DNA of 63,400 nucleotides, filler included, from Collodictyon triciliatum (Eukaryota): NCBI GenBank assembly GCA_043381765.1. It is 5 parts of 5 records of this genome, joined end to end, with 100 filler letters (N's around TTAATTAATTAA, not from the genome) between each part and the next. Parts side by side here need not be neighbours in the genome. Positions count along the whole stretch, not along the records: positions 24,163 to 39,482 come from JBHJMP010000724.1; 4 more parts are not named here. One strand, 5' to 3'. Shown piece by piece: positions 25,126 to 36,600 of this stretch (position 1 is its first letter; each line of letters starts with the position of its first letter). The notes under the pieces were generated by a model. It saw only the letters and a program-made list of their open reading frames with translations, ran no database searches and was not told where the DNA came from. The position numbers and the translations under genes were made by a program.

Positions 25126-28100
25126 CATAATATACTCATTTTCTGTAGGTAGTTTAAGTGGGAATCCAGTGGGTAGCACGCCTGTCAAGGGTCAAAGGCC
25201 TGTCCAGACAGCATACAAGGCCGGGCATACATCCACCAATCAACACACTACCACAAACTACACTTCTACAGGAGAATCCACATCAGACTATGCATCTGAT
25301 TCGGCCACAGAAAGTCATCCATCACAACAATCAGAGCGAGAAACTAACAAGGAAAGAGGAGTACCTCAACTATCAAGAACCGACAAGCTCAAGGCCTCCA
25401 CCCAAGAAAATAGAGACATGTTAGATTCGAAAGCAGAGACGAATATCGGCGTGGATGTAAACGATAATCTAGAAATTGTGTATCTGGACAAGACGATTGA
25501 GCAAATATCAGGAAATGATGCATCTAGCCCAGAACCGCCTAGTCACTCAAATTTAATTACCCAAAATCAGCCAGGAGCACGACAATCTAGTACTACAGCT
25601 GGAGTAAACTCAGGTCAATACATAGATGCCATTTTCATACTTGATATCATGTACAAAATGCGTTATTATTCCTATATTCATCGAGCAATTTTCCAGAATT
25701 AAATATACACGCAAAAAAAAAATGGAAAATGAAACAAAAAACCAGCCAATAAAACGCCGCTTCATAGTACATGTACTGAACTAGATGTACCGTTTATACA
25801 ACAGCTTCATTTGCTAGTATTTCGTCTGGTTCCACTACTCCATCCTGCATATCTCCATCACCATCTGTGGGGAATCTCCCTCAAATGGCAGCCAACCAAA
25901 GTCAGCAACTTGCTTCGTCTTCGTCCTCGTCAAATCCTATCTCAGTTAACACTAGCTCGGCCCTTCCGTCAAGAAGTGTCGGTCTCGAAGCGCTGCGCCC
26001 TGAATTGACGACAGAAAAGCCATCCGAACATTCTGGTAGTCGCTCTATTTTTATCTCTATCTATCGTTCCTTTTCTTTTTCTTTTCTTGTTCATATATAT
26101 ATATATTACCTTTATTCTGTAGCTTTGTTCTCGGAGGTGGTAGTGTTGTCAATAATAGTAAAACTAACTAGACGAGGCAAACATATTTATATTTACTGTA
26201 TTTAATCATACTGAGCCATTCATTCACTTTAGTTTATGGATCAAAGATGTTTTACATGAAATCGGATGTCAAGGTATACTGTTTCAGGATTCTATGCATT
26301 CAGCTGTACTTTTTTTTTTATAATTTTTTTATTTTTTTTGATTTTTTTGTAAAAAAAAAAAAAAAAAAAAAAAAAGAAGTAATGTACCCAATGCTTTCAC
26401 TCAAACAATTACTATTTATTTAGTATCGCTATTGTTGTATGAATAAATACATCGACAATTTATCACTACAACAGGTAGGAAATGCTGCCTTATATTCTGT
26501 CCGCTTTTCTCCATGTGGGCGCTACTTAGCTTCAGGGTCGTTTGATAAAAAAGTTAGAATATACGACATCGTTCAACAAAAAGAAGTAGGTACATAATAC
26601 AGTGATGCATCAAGATAGTGAATGTGCCCTTCAGGTGGAGCCCGTTCTCACTTATGAGTCGATTGCATTCTTCAGGTTTCCCAACATTCATATCACACTT
26701 TCAGTGTTATGGATGTCTACTGGTCAACCGATTCAAACGAAGTCATCAGTGGCGGATTTGATCGTTGTATCTGTTTATTCGATGTCCAGGTAATTACACC
26801 AATATTATGTATTCCACTTAACAGTGAGACGTATCCAAGTTTGCGTATCTTTATGGCCTACAGTCATTGTGCCGTGCATTTTGTAAAGCACTATTTTCAA
26901 AGTTGATCACTGAATAATTGTGTGACAAATAGACCAATAAGCTGAAGCAGACCATCGACGTTCAAGGGTTGATACAGTCAGTCATTGTCTCACCAAATGG
27001 TATATATTGAATAATAAAGAAACAACAATCGGCTCACTTTATCACATATTAGCATGTATTGAAACATATTTAATTAGTTTGATTGCAGCAATATATGACC
27101 GTGTTTTAACGACTGAAATACTAAATGCATATTAGAGGATAGATTCTATCTAGCTTGTACTTCAGCAAAAAAGATATGTTTAATCGACCCTCGGCAGTCA
27201 CCATCTAAGCCTGTTTCCATTGAATGCGATTCGATTGTCAATACTCTGTAAGAAGATACGAATTAGTTATTGTCATTCATCTCTATAATGAATTTTGTTT
27301 TACCATAACTCTTTCTCATTATCTTCGATAAAACAGGGCATTAAACCAGGGTGACAACTACTTTGTCTCTGGTGATGCCAAAGGATGCATCAAATTTTGG
27401 GACATGCGGCAGCGCGCATGCTTTCATAGCACACAAAATGAAGATGCAGGGCGTCCAATCTCTAACCTGTGTTACTCTCGCTCGGGTAAGTCTTGCATTT
27501 TTTTTTTTTTTATTCTTCCTTTCAATTTTGTGCAGGATGGTGGAGGGGTAAGTCTTACATTATATATATTCGCTCGCGTTTGTTTTATTTCTTATTTATT
27601 GAAGCACCTTTTCGCATTTCTTTTGCACGCTGCTATTTTCATTCCCTTTTATTTATATATATATACATATATACATGTTTTTTTGTTATCAATTTTTTAT
27701 CCTGTCTCTCTAATCAACTCGAATGATATCCTGCAGTTGAACAGGAGGATTGCTATCTTGCAGCAAACTCTTACGACAACGGTTAGATAAGCACATTTAT
27801 AAACATATTCAAAACATGAAATCATTTTCACTCTCATCTTTTCATGACAGATAAAGAGCACATGTAGAGCTGATTTCTCAATTTTCACAGCTTTTATTGC
27901 CAAAGTACATTAATGGTTTTCTTTTTTAAATATCAACCTAACTCTGGAACCAGTTTTAAGGGTTTATGAACGCGGAGAAGGACTTCTGGGTGGTTCTTCG
28001 ACAAACTACGGAAAATCATCAGAATCAGGATTGAAACTCAAGTATTCTCTCAAGGGCGTGAAAAACAAGAACTGGCCGATTCGGTCGTGTTTCTTTACGG

Positions 28101-29079
28101 GCAAAAATTGTAGGAGAGTACACAGTTGATAACTCGGCCTTTTTTTTCTTTTTCTTCCTTGCTTGATTCTTGGCGTGGCTCTTCATGTGTGGTTTAATCA
28201 TAATCCTAGCGATGAGACATCTTGACTAAATTAGAACAACAAAAGAATGTTATTTTTACACCCAATTCTTAATTGTTGTGATTGCAAACAAAAAAAAATC
28301 GTTATTTAGATCATAATCGAAATGCGAGACACTATTCATTCGAGTCACAACACAGAGGCGCCAGCGTTGAGGATATGGACGAGGCCCCGCAAAAGTAAGC
28401 CTCGTTCCTGTGATTTAATTCCATGTGAAATTTTAATGGTAGATACAAATACACTCTCTTGTTAATCATACCCTCTGTATAAACCATATATATATATTTA
28501 CAAGCGCAAAACGCAAAAATGGTCTCTTTGAATGAGATATACCATAAACAACACCCTTGTTATTGAAAGAATAGCAAATACGTTCAAGCAGTAAAGCAAT
28601 ACTTTTGTATGAATGCCTCATACCAAAATGATAATGAGGAACATTCATCGATATATTGAAACAGGCTCGTCAGCATCCACGATTCGTTGATTCTTGCGTC
28701 CGGAAGTGCCGACAATAACATATATTTATATGACGTCTCAGGGACTCAGGTTTGCGTACACACCAGCACCCTAACCCTCATTGCAAACAAATACAACAGA
28801 CCCAATGCTAATAACTCTTTTTCTTCTTTATTGTAAAATAATTATAAACAATTTAATGCGATGCAATACAAAACAATAAATAGAAACGAATCACAAAGTA
28901 AGCTGAAATGGTATCATCTGTAATAGCAATCGTCCTACGGGCTGCTGCAACAATTGGAAGGCCACAGTGACCGTGTTTACTGTGTGGATTTCCATCCTTC
29001 CGACCCCGTCCTCGTCTCTTGCGGGGCAGACTCGCGAATCCGGTTCTGGACGGTGAAGCCGAAAGGGCGTGGGTTATAA
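24274..29079 (+). CDS. WD40-repeat protein with low-complexity N-terminus and coiled coil, multi-exon
   Basis: N-terminal LRLRLDQCEQENRELKRSIYELS. WD exons LYSVRFSPCGRYLASGSFDKKVRIYD, VISGGFDRCICLFD, FVSGDAKGCIKFWD, ILASGSADNNIYLYD, LEGHSDRVYCVDFHPSDPVLVSCGADSRIRFW..GL*. Confidence 0.88.
27500..27545 (-). mobile_element. Short poly(A)-tailed retro-insertion, family B, whose TSD duplicates a 5' splice site
   Basis: T-tract + ATTCTTCCTTTCAATTTTGTGCAGGATGGTGG flanked by GGGTAAGTCTTGCATT (27484-27499) / GGGTAAGTCTTACATT (27546-27561). Confidence 0.85.
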
Positions 29080-29799
29080 CACAAATACAACAAAATAAAT
29101 AAGCAATAATTTGGAACCGCATGTTTGTTTGTTTGTTTGTTTGTTTGTTTGTTTGTTTGTTTGTGTCAAGAAATATCTTCCCAAAGATCGATCTATTCTA
29201 TACCTTACAATGCGAATAAATGTGGTGATCATGGAGACAGACTTAAGAAGAGCAATAATAAAACACAATAAGCATGAAAAAGTCTCCTTTGCTGAGAAAC
29301 AAGCACACTGAGAGAGAAAGAAGAGCACATCCTCTAGAAAATAATATATTACACTGGCGTTCTTTCCTTCCTCCCCCAACCCACCGCATTCTGAAGGCGG
29401 AAAATAAACGCGCAAGCGATCGGAAAGAGGGCTCCCGAGAAGGACGAGACCGCCAAACAGGAGACCAACGCCACAGCCCTGCCCCATGGAACACCTCCTG
29501 ATCGATCGCAAACCGAGAACGCCGACAAAGCCAACTCAGGGGGCGAAAAGGTCACCTGACCACAACCCTCGCAACACAGGTTATGCATCGAGACACACCG
29601 ACGATCAGGACAACAGCTGCCGTTAACCCGTGAGTACAACAACCTACGAATATGACGGAGGCAGGCTCTTTGAAACAAATAAATAATAATGAAGAATAAA
29701 GAGGAATAAGAAAAAGACCTATCGAGCTCAAGCCATCGACCCACAAGTAGCAAGATGATAATGATGATAGTGCTCAGTATTAGTTGCTCAAAATCAAAA

Positions 29800-30701
29800 T
29801 CAAAATGTAATCAAAAGACCCAAGGATATATCTTTATAGACGAACTTTCCGAAGAGCAGTTATCTTTATTAGACAGAAAAAAGAAAGTTGGAGTGGATGC
29901 AGACAAGTTTAATTTGGTTTACATGGTGGATGAGGCAGGTAGGAAATTACGTTACACGGCACACAAAAGAAGACATGATAGCAAATCTCTCAAAAATCAC
30001 AAAATGCTCTTGCGCGAGAAAAAAGAAAAGTACAATTCTTCAGGGATATGTATGGCAACAGATATACAAAGTGTTGTTTCTTTTGGTCACATGACTTTTG
30101 AAGAGAATCAGCAGTTTGAGACATCAAGAGTATCTTTAATCGAATTAGAGACAGGACTGAGTAAACATAATTCATGCACGGTCAATTATGAAAAAATTCG
30201 AAAATATGTATCCATGAAATCAATATACCAGATAGAATTATCCAGATTTTATGAACAAGTAACTTTTCGAAAGATGAGATGGAGACAGCATGTTAATACA
30301 AAAAGAAGTGAACAGTTGTTTATGGACCGAATCGAAAAGACATTTGGCAAGGATGTTGTACTGGCGTATGGAGACTGGAGCAGGATATGTCAGATGAAAA
30401 TATTTTTTTGGCAATAATCGGAAGATGGTTACGAAAAATACTCTCCGAACGTTTTGAAACAGTTAGTGTAGATGAATTTAGAACCTCCAAGATGTGCTGC
30501 AGCTGCGAAAAAGAACTGGAATATATGCGACTGAAAGGGAATTCAGAAGAAATGTATAGATGTCTCATATGTAAAGAGTGCAATCGCTCAGAAAGCAAAC
30601 AATCTGTATTCTTGACAAGGGACTTAAATATCGCTAATAATTTTCTCAACAAAGTTCTTTTAACCCTTCAAAATATGCATACACCTTTCTTTAAAAAATA
30701 G
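29800..30701 (+). pseudogene. Fanzor (eukaryotic TnpB-like RNA-guided nuclease, Fanzor1-type motifs), 5'-truncated and frameshifted
   Basis: Overlapping ORFs 29755-30417 and 30387-30701 give FIDELSEEQL..KVGVDADK (RuvC-I D at 29896), LRYT..RR, ETGLSKHNS, FYEQ..RKMRW, FGKDVVLAYGDWS, VDEFRTSKMCCSC (E at 30474), CKEC zinc ribbon and RDLN (RuvC-III D at 30621). The frame break lies in AAAATATTTTTTT at 30397-30409. Confidence 0.88.
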
Positions 30702-30806
30702 GCTGTCAGGTTTTTCCTGTCAGTCTTCACCACTACACGGCCTTTGTGAAAAAAGTGATGAGACCTTGGATACTAGCGCACCAAGCTTACCAATCGAAAG
30801 ATGGTA
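30701..30806 (+). ncRNA. Candidate Fanzor omega-RNA scaffold / structured right end
   Basis: Four consecutive hairpins immediately after the stop: 30701-30725, 30723-30764, 30765-30785 and TACC-A-ATC-GAAA-GAT-GGTA (30788-30806, GNRA loop). Confidence 0.5.
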
Positions 30807-30937
30807 TAATCCTTCTAGTAAGATAATATAAAGAAAAGAACAACCTGATTGAAGAAAAGAAGAAGAAAAAAGAAAAGAACAAGGGTGAAAAACAGAACTT
30901 TGAACGAGTGTTATTTTGATGCCATTAAGATTTATTT

Positions 30938-32288
30938 CTAATCATCCGAAGAGGAGGAGGACGATGAGTCGGACAGCACTTCCTTTCCTTCTCTGCGCCT
31001 ACGTGTTTCCCTTAGTCTTTCGAGTTCCTTCTTCATATCCTCCACACGACGAACTCTTGACCTTTGCGTGCGGAATGAAAGCGTGTGTGGGTTCACATAG
31101 CAGTGTAAATTGTGAAAAACACAGAAAGAAAAGAAAGAAAGAAAAAAAAAAAAAAAAAGGAAAGACGAAGAATAGGTGCAAGCGAAGAAAAGTCTGACAT
31201 ATTTTCGTGTTGATAGCTGTCGAACTTTATATATTTGTATATTGAGATAATCCATGTATTTAGCATGGGCGAGATAGAGGGGTTCACTCTTTGGATATCC
31301 ATCAGATTCTCTAATGAAACACCAGCGAGCGATCTGTTGTGGTAACCCACTTCATTTTCATTCTCATTCTCATTTTCATATCCATTTTCTTTGATTGTAC
31401 ACGAAAAAATATGTGGAAAGGGAAACAAGAGATGAGGTATTCGAATTGTAACTCCGACAAACAACCGAAAGCAGAAGATAGGAGAGGAGAGCGAGAGTAT
31501 AGAAATAGCCGCATGGCAGATATGATACCATATGGAGATGTATATATACACAAATAAAATAAAAAATATATAAGAAAACAAAATAGTACCAAACAGGAGG
31601 TGAGCGTTCACGCGGAGTCGTTGTGCGGCGTGTGTATTCAGGACTTCGGTTCGAGGAATTTGGGCGATAGCATTTGGTTCCGCGCCCACGACGTTCAGCA
31701 TTTGTCTCTCTGGCAAGAATAGTGAAAGATTGAACAAAAATAAAAAATAAAAATAAAAATATAATAATGAATAAACGAATGTTTTATCCACTTCTAGCGG
31801 ATACACTTCGGCATTATACATATGTGTTTGATTGAGCAAATATAATACTTTGTTTTTTCGCGCGACTCATCCGTTGGTTTAAGAGGGACTAAAGGGGAAA
31901 CAGTAAAAACATCAATACAAACTTTTGCCTGCGTTAATCCGTTGGTCGTGAGAAATTATTATTAATATGTAATTTTAAAAAACCTGGTTCGTTGGCAGGC
32001 TCAGGTTGTTCCTAAATTATGAAGGATTGGGAATTAGAGTAAATACAAGACACGACATATTAGCTCCATAAAAATCAACACAACGTTACATATTTCCATA
32101 TCCCGTTTCTGTTTCAGTGTCCCAAGCTTCTTTGTCATCGAAAGGCTTTCCTTCCTTCTTTTTCACTGTATAGAATTACCTTGGTGTTTTGAGCAGTTTG
32201 TTCTTTCTCTTTCTCCTCCTTCTCCTTCTTTTTCTTTTCCTTCTCTTCTTTCTTCAAGGCTCTCTTTTTTTTCTTCAATTCCTTTTTC
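30938..32288 (-). CDS. 3' exons of an uncharacterised charged low-complexity protein; 5' part lost in the gap
   Basis: GT-AG-bounded exons including a Lys/Glu-rich block and the terminal RVRRVEDMKKELERLRETRRRREGKEVLSDSSSSSSSDD*. Confidence 0.55.
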
Positions 32289-32440
32289 TGGGGTATCACA
32301 TAATTATCAAGAGAACACCATGAGATACAAAGAATATATATTTATAAACCATCTCCTGTCAACAACTAATCTCAAGTATATCAAACGAGATAATTTTACT
32401 TAACGTGTTTAAAGAAAATGAAGATGCTGCAAACCCTTCA

Positions 32441-32539
<99 letters not shown>

Positions 32540-32883
32540 NNNNNNNNNNNNNNNNNNNNNNNNNNNNNNNNNNNNNNNNNNNNNNNNNNNNNNNNNNNNN
32601 NNNNNNNNNNNNNNNNNNNNNNNNNNNNNNNNNNNNNNNTTTTTGTTTTTTGTTTTTTGTTTTTTGTTTTTTGTTTTTTGTTTTTTGTTTTTTGTTTTTT
32701 GTTTTTTACCGGCACTCTTGTAGCCCAGAATGTGCGCTCTTGTTTCTTGCGTATGTAGCGCTGCTTTTTTATCCGTTTGATTTACTGATTCTGTCACGGC
32801 GATAAAAAACGAAACAAGCAAAAAAGGATATTTTGAATAAATACAAGTATAAAAACCCTTTCTCCCATAGAAGGGCAGTAGAA

Positions 32884-32955
32884 GCCGTCTTAGTATAGTG
32901 GTTTGTACTTCACGTTGTGGCCGTAATAACCACGGTTCGATTCCGAGAGACGGCA
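32884..32955 (+). tRNA. tRNA-His(GTG), possibly a degenerating copy
   Basis: Cloverleaf with acceptor GCCGTCT/AGACGGC, D arm GTAT/GTAC, anticodon loop TTGTGGC, T loop TTCGATT and downstream TTTT. One mismatch in the anticodon stem and one in the T stem. Confidence 0.85.
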
Positions 32956-33676
32956 ATGTTTTGTGTGGGTAACAACGACGCTCCTGCTAAATCTATGGCC
33001 ACCCCATTTTGCACTTTTGCACACTTTTCACCCATGAATAACACACGCGTTTATTTTTGTTTATTTTACCTGGATTATCTTCCGCATGGTTTCGGCATTG
33101 AGCACTGGGGGAGGATTATGTTCATGTCCTTTGAGCAATACCGTGACTTCACAGGGAAGCACATCTAATAAAATTAAGCCTAGTCGCCGATTATCACTTC
33201 CATGACAGATTATTTTCTTTGTTTTCATTATTTATTTTGTTTTCCTTGTTTTCTTTGTTTTAGGGGAAAAGGAACGTATTATCTGATTTCCAAGTGACTA
33301 GATAAAAGGGTCATCTTGCGGATTCATTTCCTTTCATTCCAACTCGTTGCGAATATTTTAAAATTAGTGTATGATTGGGCCCGATATATGAAAAAAAAAA
33401 AGATACAATAAGCATATCAGTCTCAACCCCAAGCGCACATAGATGTTAGCTTTTTCAAATATACACCCACGTGAGGGGTATGCAGGTATTTGGGGTGCTA
33501 AAATAGGCAAAAAGGTCATGCTTAAAGACTTTATCCTTGTTCCGCATCTGGTTCTTCAAAATTGCGATGGATTTTTTTGAAGAAAAAAGTTCAGAGAGGA
33601 TGGTGGGAGTTAGGATTGTCTTTCAATTATTATTTTTTTAAAAAAAAAATAATGGGGTAGAATCACTAAATTAGGA

Positions 33677-36600
33677 TTATTTTCCCTTCTTTTTTCTCCC
33701 TTGCTTCTCCTTCTTTTTCTTTTCCTTCTTCGGGATTTTGTTCTGCCTGCGAATACGGTTCATCTCCTTAACTAATTTTTTCCTCTCCTAAAAATTAAAA
33801 CCCATGGCTAATGAATGTGAGGTTGGTGAAATTCGGTGAATAGAGTCCTTAATCTTAAACTCAAACAATCTGACTTTAGATCAACTTCATCAGAACCTTA
33901 ACGATTAACCTACAAGTATTTCAATTTTTCAACAGAAAAAGAAACTTGCTTTTTTCGTCAACTCCTTCTCTCCGTTTTCACCAACTCCTTCTTCATCCTC
34001 ATCATCGTCGTTGTCCTCGTCGTCATCCTCGTCATCGCTATCGTCGTCACTGCCGCTGCTATTATTTTTGTCCACGCCTTCTACAGATAATTTTTGGCTC
34101 TTCGGGGTTGTATTTTGTGATACTATCTTTTCGGTGATATTTACTGCTTTCGCTTCACCGAGTTCTTCAGTTGGCTTTGTAGGTGAAGGCGGCTGCTTGT
34201 CTGATTTCAAACCAACGTCTTTGTCTTGTGAGTGCACCTGAATTTCGTTAATCACTACAGGTTCTTCTTTTGGTTCAGGCACTTGTTGCACAGGCTCTGT
34301 CTGTAATGGAGAAGTCGAAGATAAGATTAAGTAATACACTTGGTTCTCTCTGGTGTCTCTCTTCTGGGTAAACTTTGTATTTCAGATATTAATTTAAATG
34401 AATATGAAATATACTACTTATTTGAATATGAAAAACGCATATGCAAAGGTTCAAGTATAATCAGAATACTCAGAAGGTTGTAAAAATTGGCTCAAAATCT
34501 AACAAACTAACAAACAAACAAACAAACAAACAAACAAACAAACAAACAAACAAACAAACAAACAAACAAACAAAACAAACAAAACAAAACAAAACAAAAC
34601 AAAACAAAACAAACAAAACAAACAAACAAAACAAACAAACAAACAAACAAACAAACAAACAAACAAACAAACAAACAAACAAACAAAACAAACAAACAAA
34701 ACAAAACAAACAANNNNNNNNNNNNNNNNNNNNNNNNNNNNNNNNNNNNNNNNNNNNNNNNNNNNNNNNNNNNNNNNNNNNNNNNNNNNNNNNNNNNNNN
34801 NNNNNNNNNNNNNTTTTGTTTTGTTTTGTTTTGTTTTGTTTTGTTTTGTTTTGTTTTGTTTTGTTTTGTTTTGTTTTGTTTTGTTTTGTTTTGTTTTGTT
34901 TTGTTTTGTTTTGTCTGTTTGTCTGTTTGTCTGTTTTTCCGAATGACCAGCAAACTTTCCCTTTTATTCCCACAGGCATGTGTAGAGGACGCGGACACGA
35001 CGATGTAAAGAGAACCCGCCCACCGAACTACACGCGATCAGTGGAACGGTTACAAGGGCAGGCTTTTCGCTCAAAAACATTCCTTAGGCTGATTCATCTC
35101 ATTGGATGCGCACATGGCCATGATGGGCAATCCAATGACAACATCTTATTCTGGAATCTGTGCTTTATTTTCACTATTATATATTATAAATGGTATAATT
35201 TCTATATATTTGAATATACTATGTATTATTAAGAAATAAGGTTCATTTTTTTAGTAAATATTATATTTTCCATAATTGTAAATGTCATGTTGCTTGATTA
35301 GTTTGGACGCGACACCGATACCCTGAATTAATTCCGGAGAAAATGATCGGGATTCCGCACTCGTTTGCTTCACACTTGTTGGGCGTAGGCTGAAAGGATG
35401 TTGGTGAGAGAGGCAGGCAGGGTAGCAAGAGATATAAAGCAAAATCGACAGAGCCAACCACCCACAAACAAGGAGGAGTAAACCGTCAATATTGGATCCC
35501 TTGGACAGGCAGTGACTGCTTTGTTTGTCTCTGGAGAAAAAAAATTACAAATAGATTTGATCATTTCGCCTCCACAAGTCTTAATTTCTGCAACTTTCGT
35601 GTTTTTGCTCTGTTGCGTTGTCACTTGATATTTTGCTCTCACATNNNNNNNNNNNNNNNNNNNNNNNNNNNNNNNNNNNNNNNNNNNNNNNNNNNNNNNN
35701 NNNNNNNNNNNNNNNNNNNNNNNNNNNNNNNNNNNNNNNNNNNNNNNNNNNNNNNNNNNNNNNNNNNNNNNNNNNNNCAAACAAACAAACAAACAAACAA
35801 ACAAACAAACAAACAAACAAACAAACAGATAGATAGACAGACAGATAGATAGACAGACAGATGAGAATACACTCACAGCGGAATCATGCTTCTTATGAAC
35901 GACTCCTGTGACTGTTTGGAAGTATGACTAGGCATTGGTTATTAAACCATATTAAAACATTATGCGTATTTGTCCAACAACATAAACAAAAAATTATGCT
36001 GTAAATGCAAATGAGTCGGTTGGTCTTTTATGATGGTTTGAATGTATATATTTATAAAGTATTGATTAACATACTATGTCTAGCTCTCCCTTCATAATTC
36101 TTGCGTGGTCTCGCTCGTAGTCAATTACCTTATGATTAAATTACTCATATGTTTTCATTTCTTTTCGTGTTGCAATTCATATTGATAAATAAAGCAGTAT
36201 GTATGTATCAAGATACGTATATACGGTTTTTATTGTTGTTTAAAACATACAGTTGCAATGACAAACGCTTACTTGGTCTAGAGTTCGTGGAATAAAGACT
36301 TTTTTAAAGACTTCTTCATTCACTTCTTCCTCTGCAGTTGTGTGAGATTTGTTTCGAGACTTCTCCTGCATCTAATTAAGAAGCAAACGGTAATCAGTTG
36401 TTTTTGTTGTACAACAATAATTCCAGAATAATTTTAAAAATATTTCCTTCATGTAAACCTGGGCTATGTAATCGTCTATCTCTTCATCTGCTATGGAAAA
36501 CATAGTAACAAAGTCAAAGAGTTCCTTTGCTGTCATGGTCGGAACACCTCTCTTTTCGACGAAAGAAAAAAAACCGAAATGATTAGAATATGAGTTAAAA

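Noticed and set aside
30397-30411. Programmed -1 frameshift in the Fanzor ORF
   Set aside because: There is no in-frame X XXY YYZ heptamer. Other signs of decay (truncation, DPG to DAD) favour a homopolymer indel or sequencing error.
29700-30850. Terminal inverted repeats, TSD or transposase around the Fanzor
   Set aside because: I could not find convincing TIRs, a TSD or a transposase ORF by eye, so the carrier element is unassigned.
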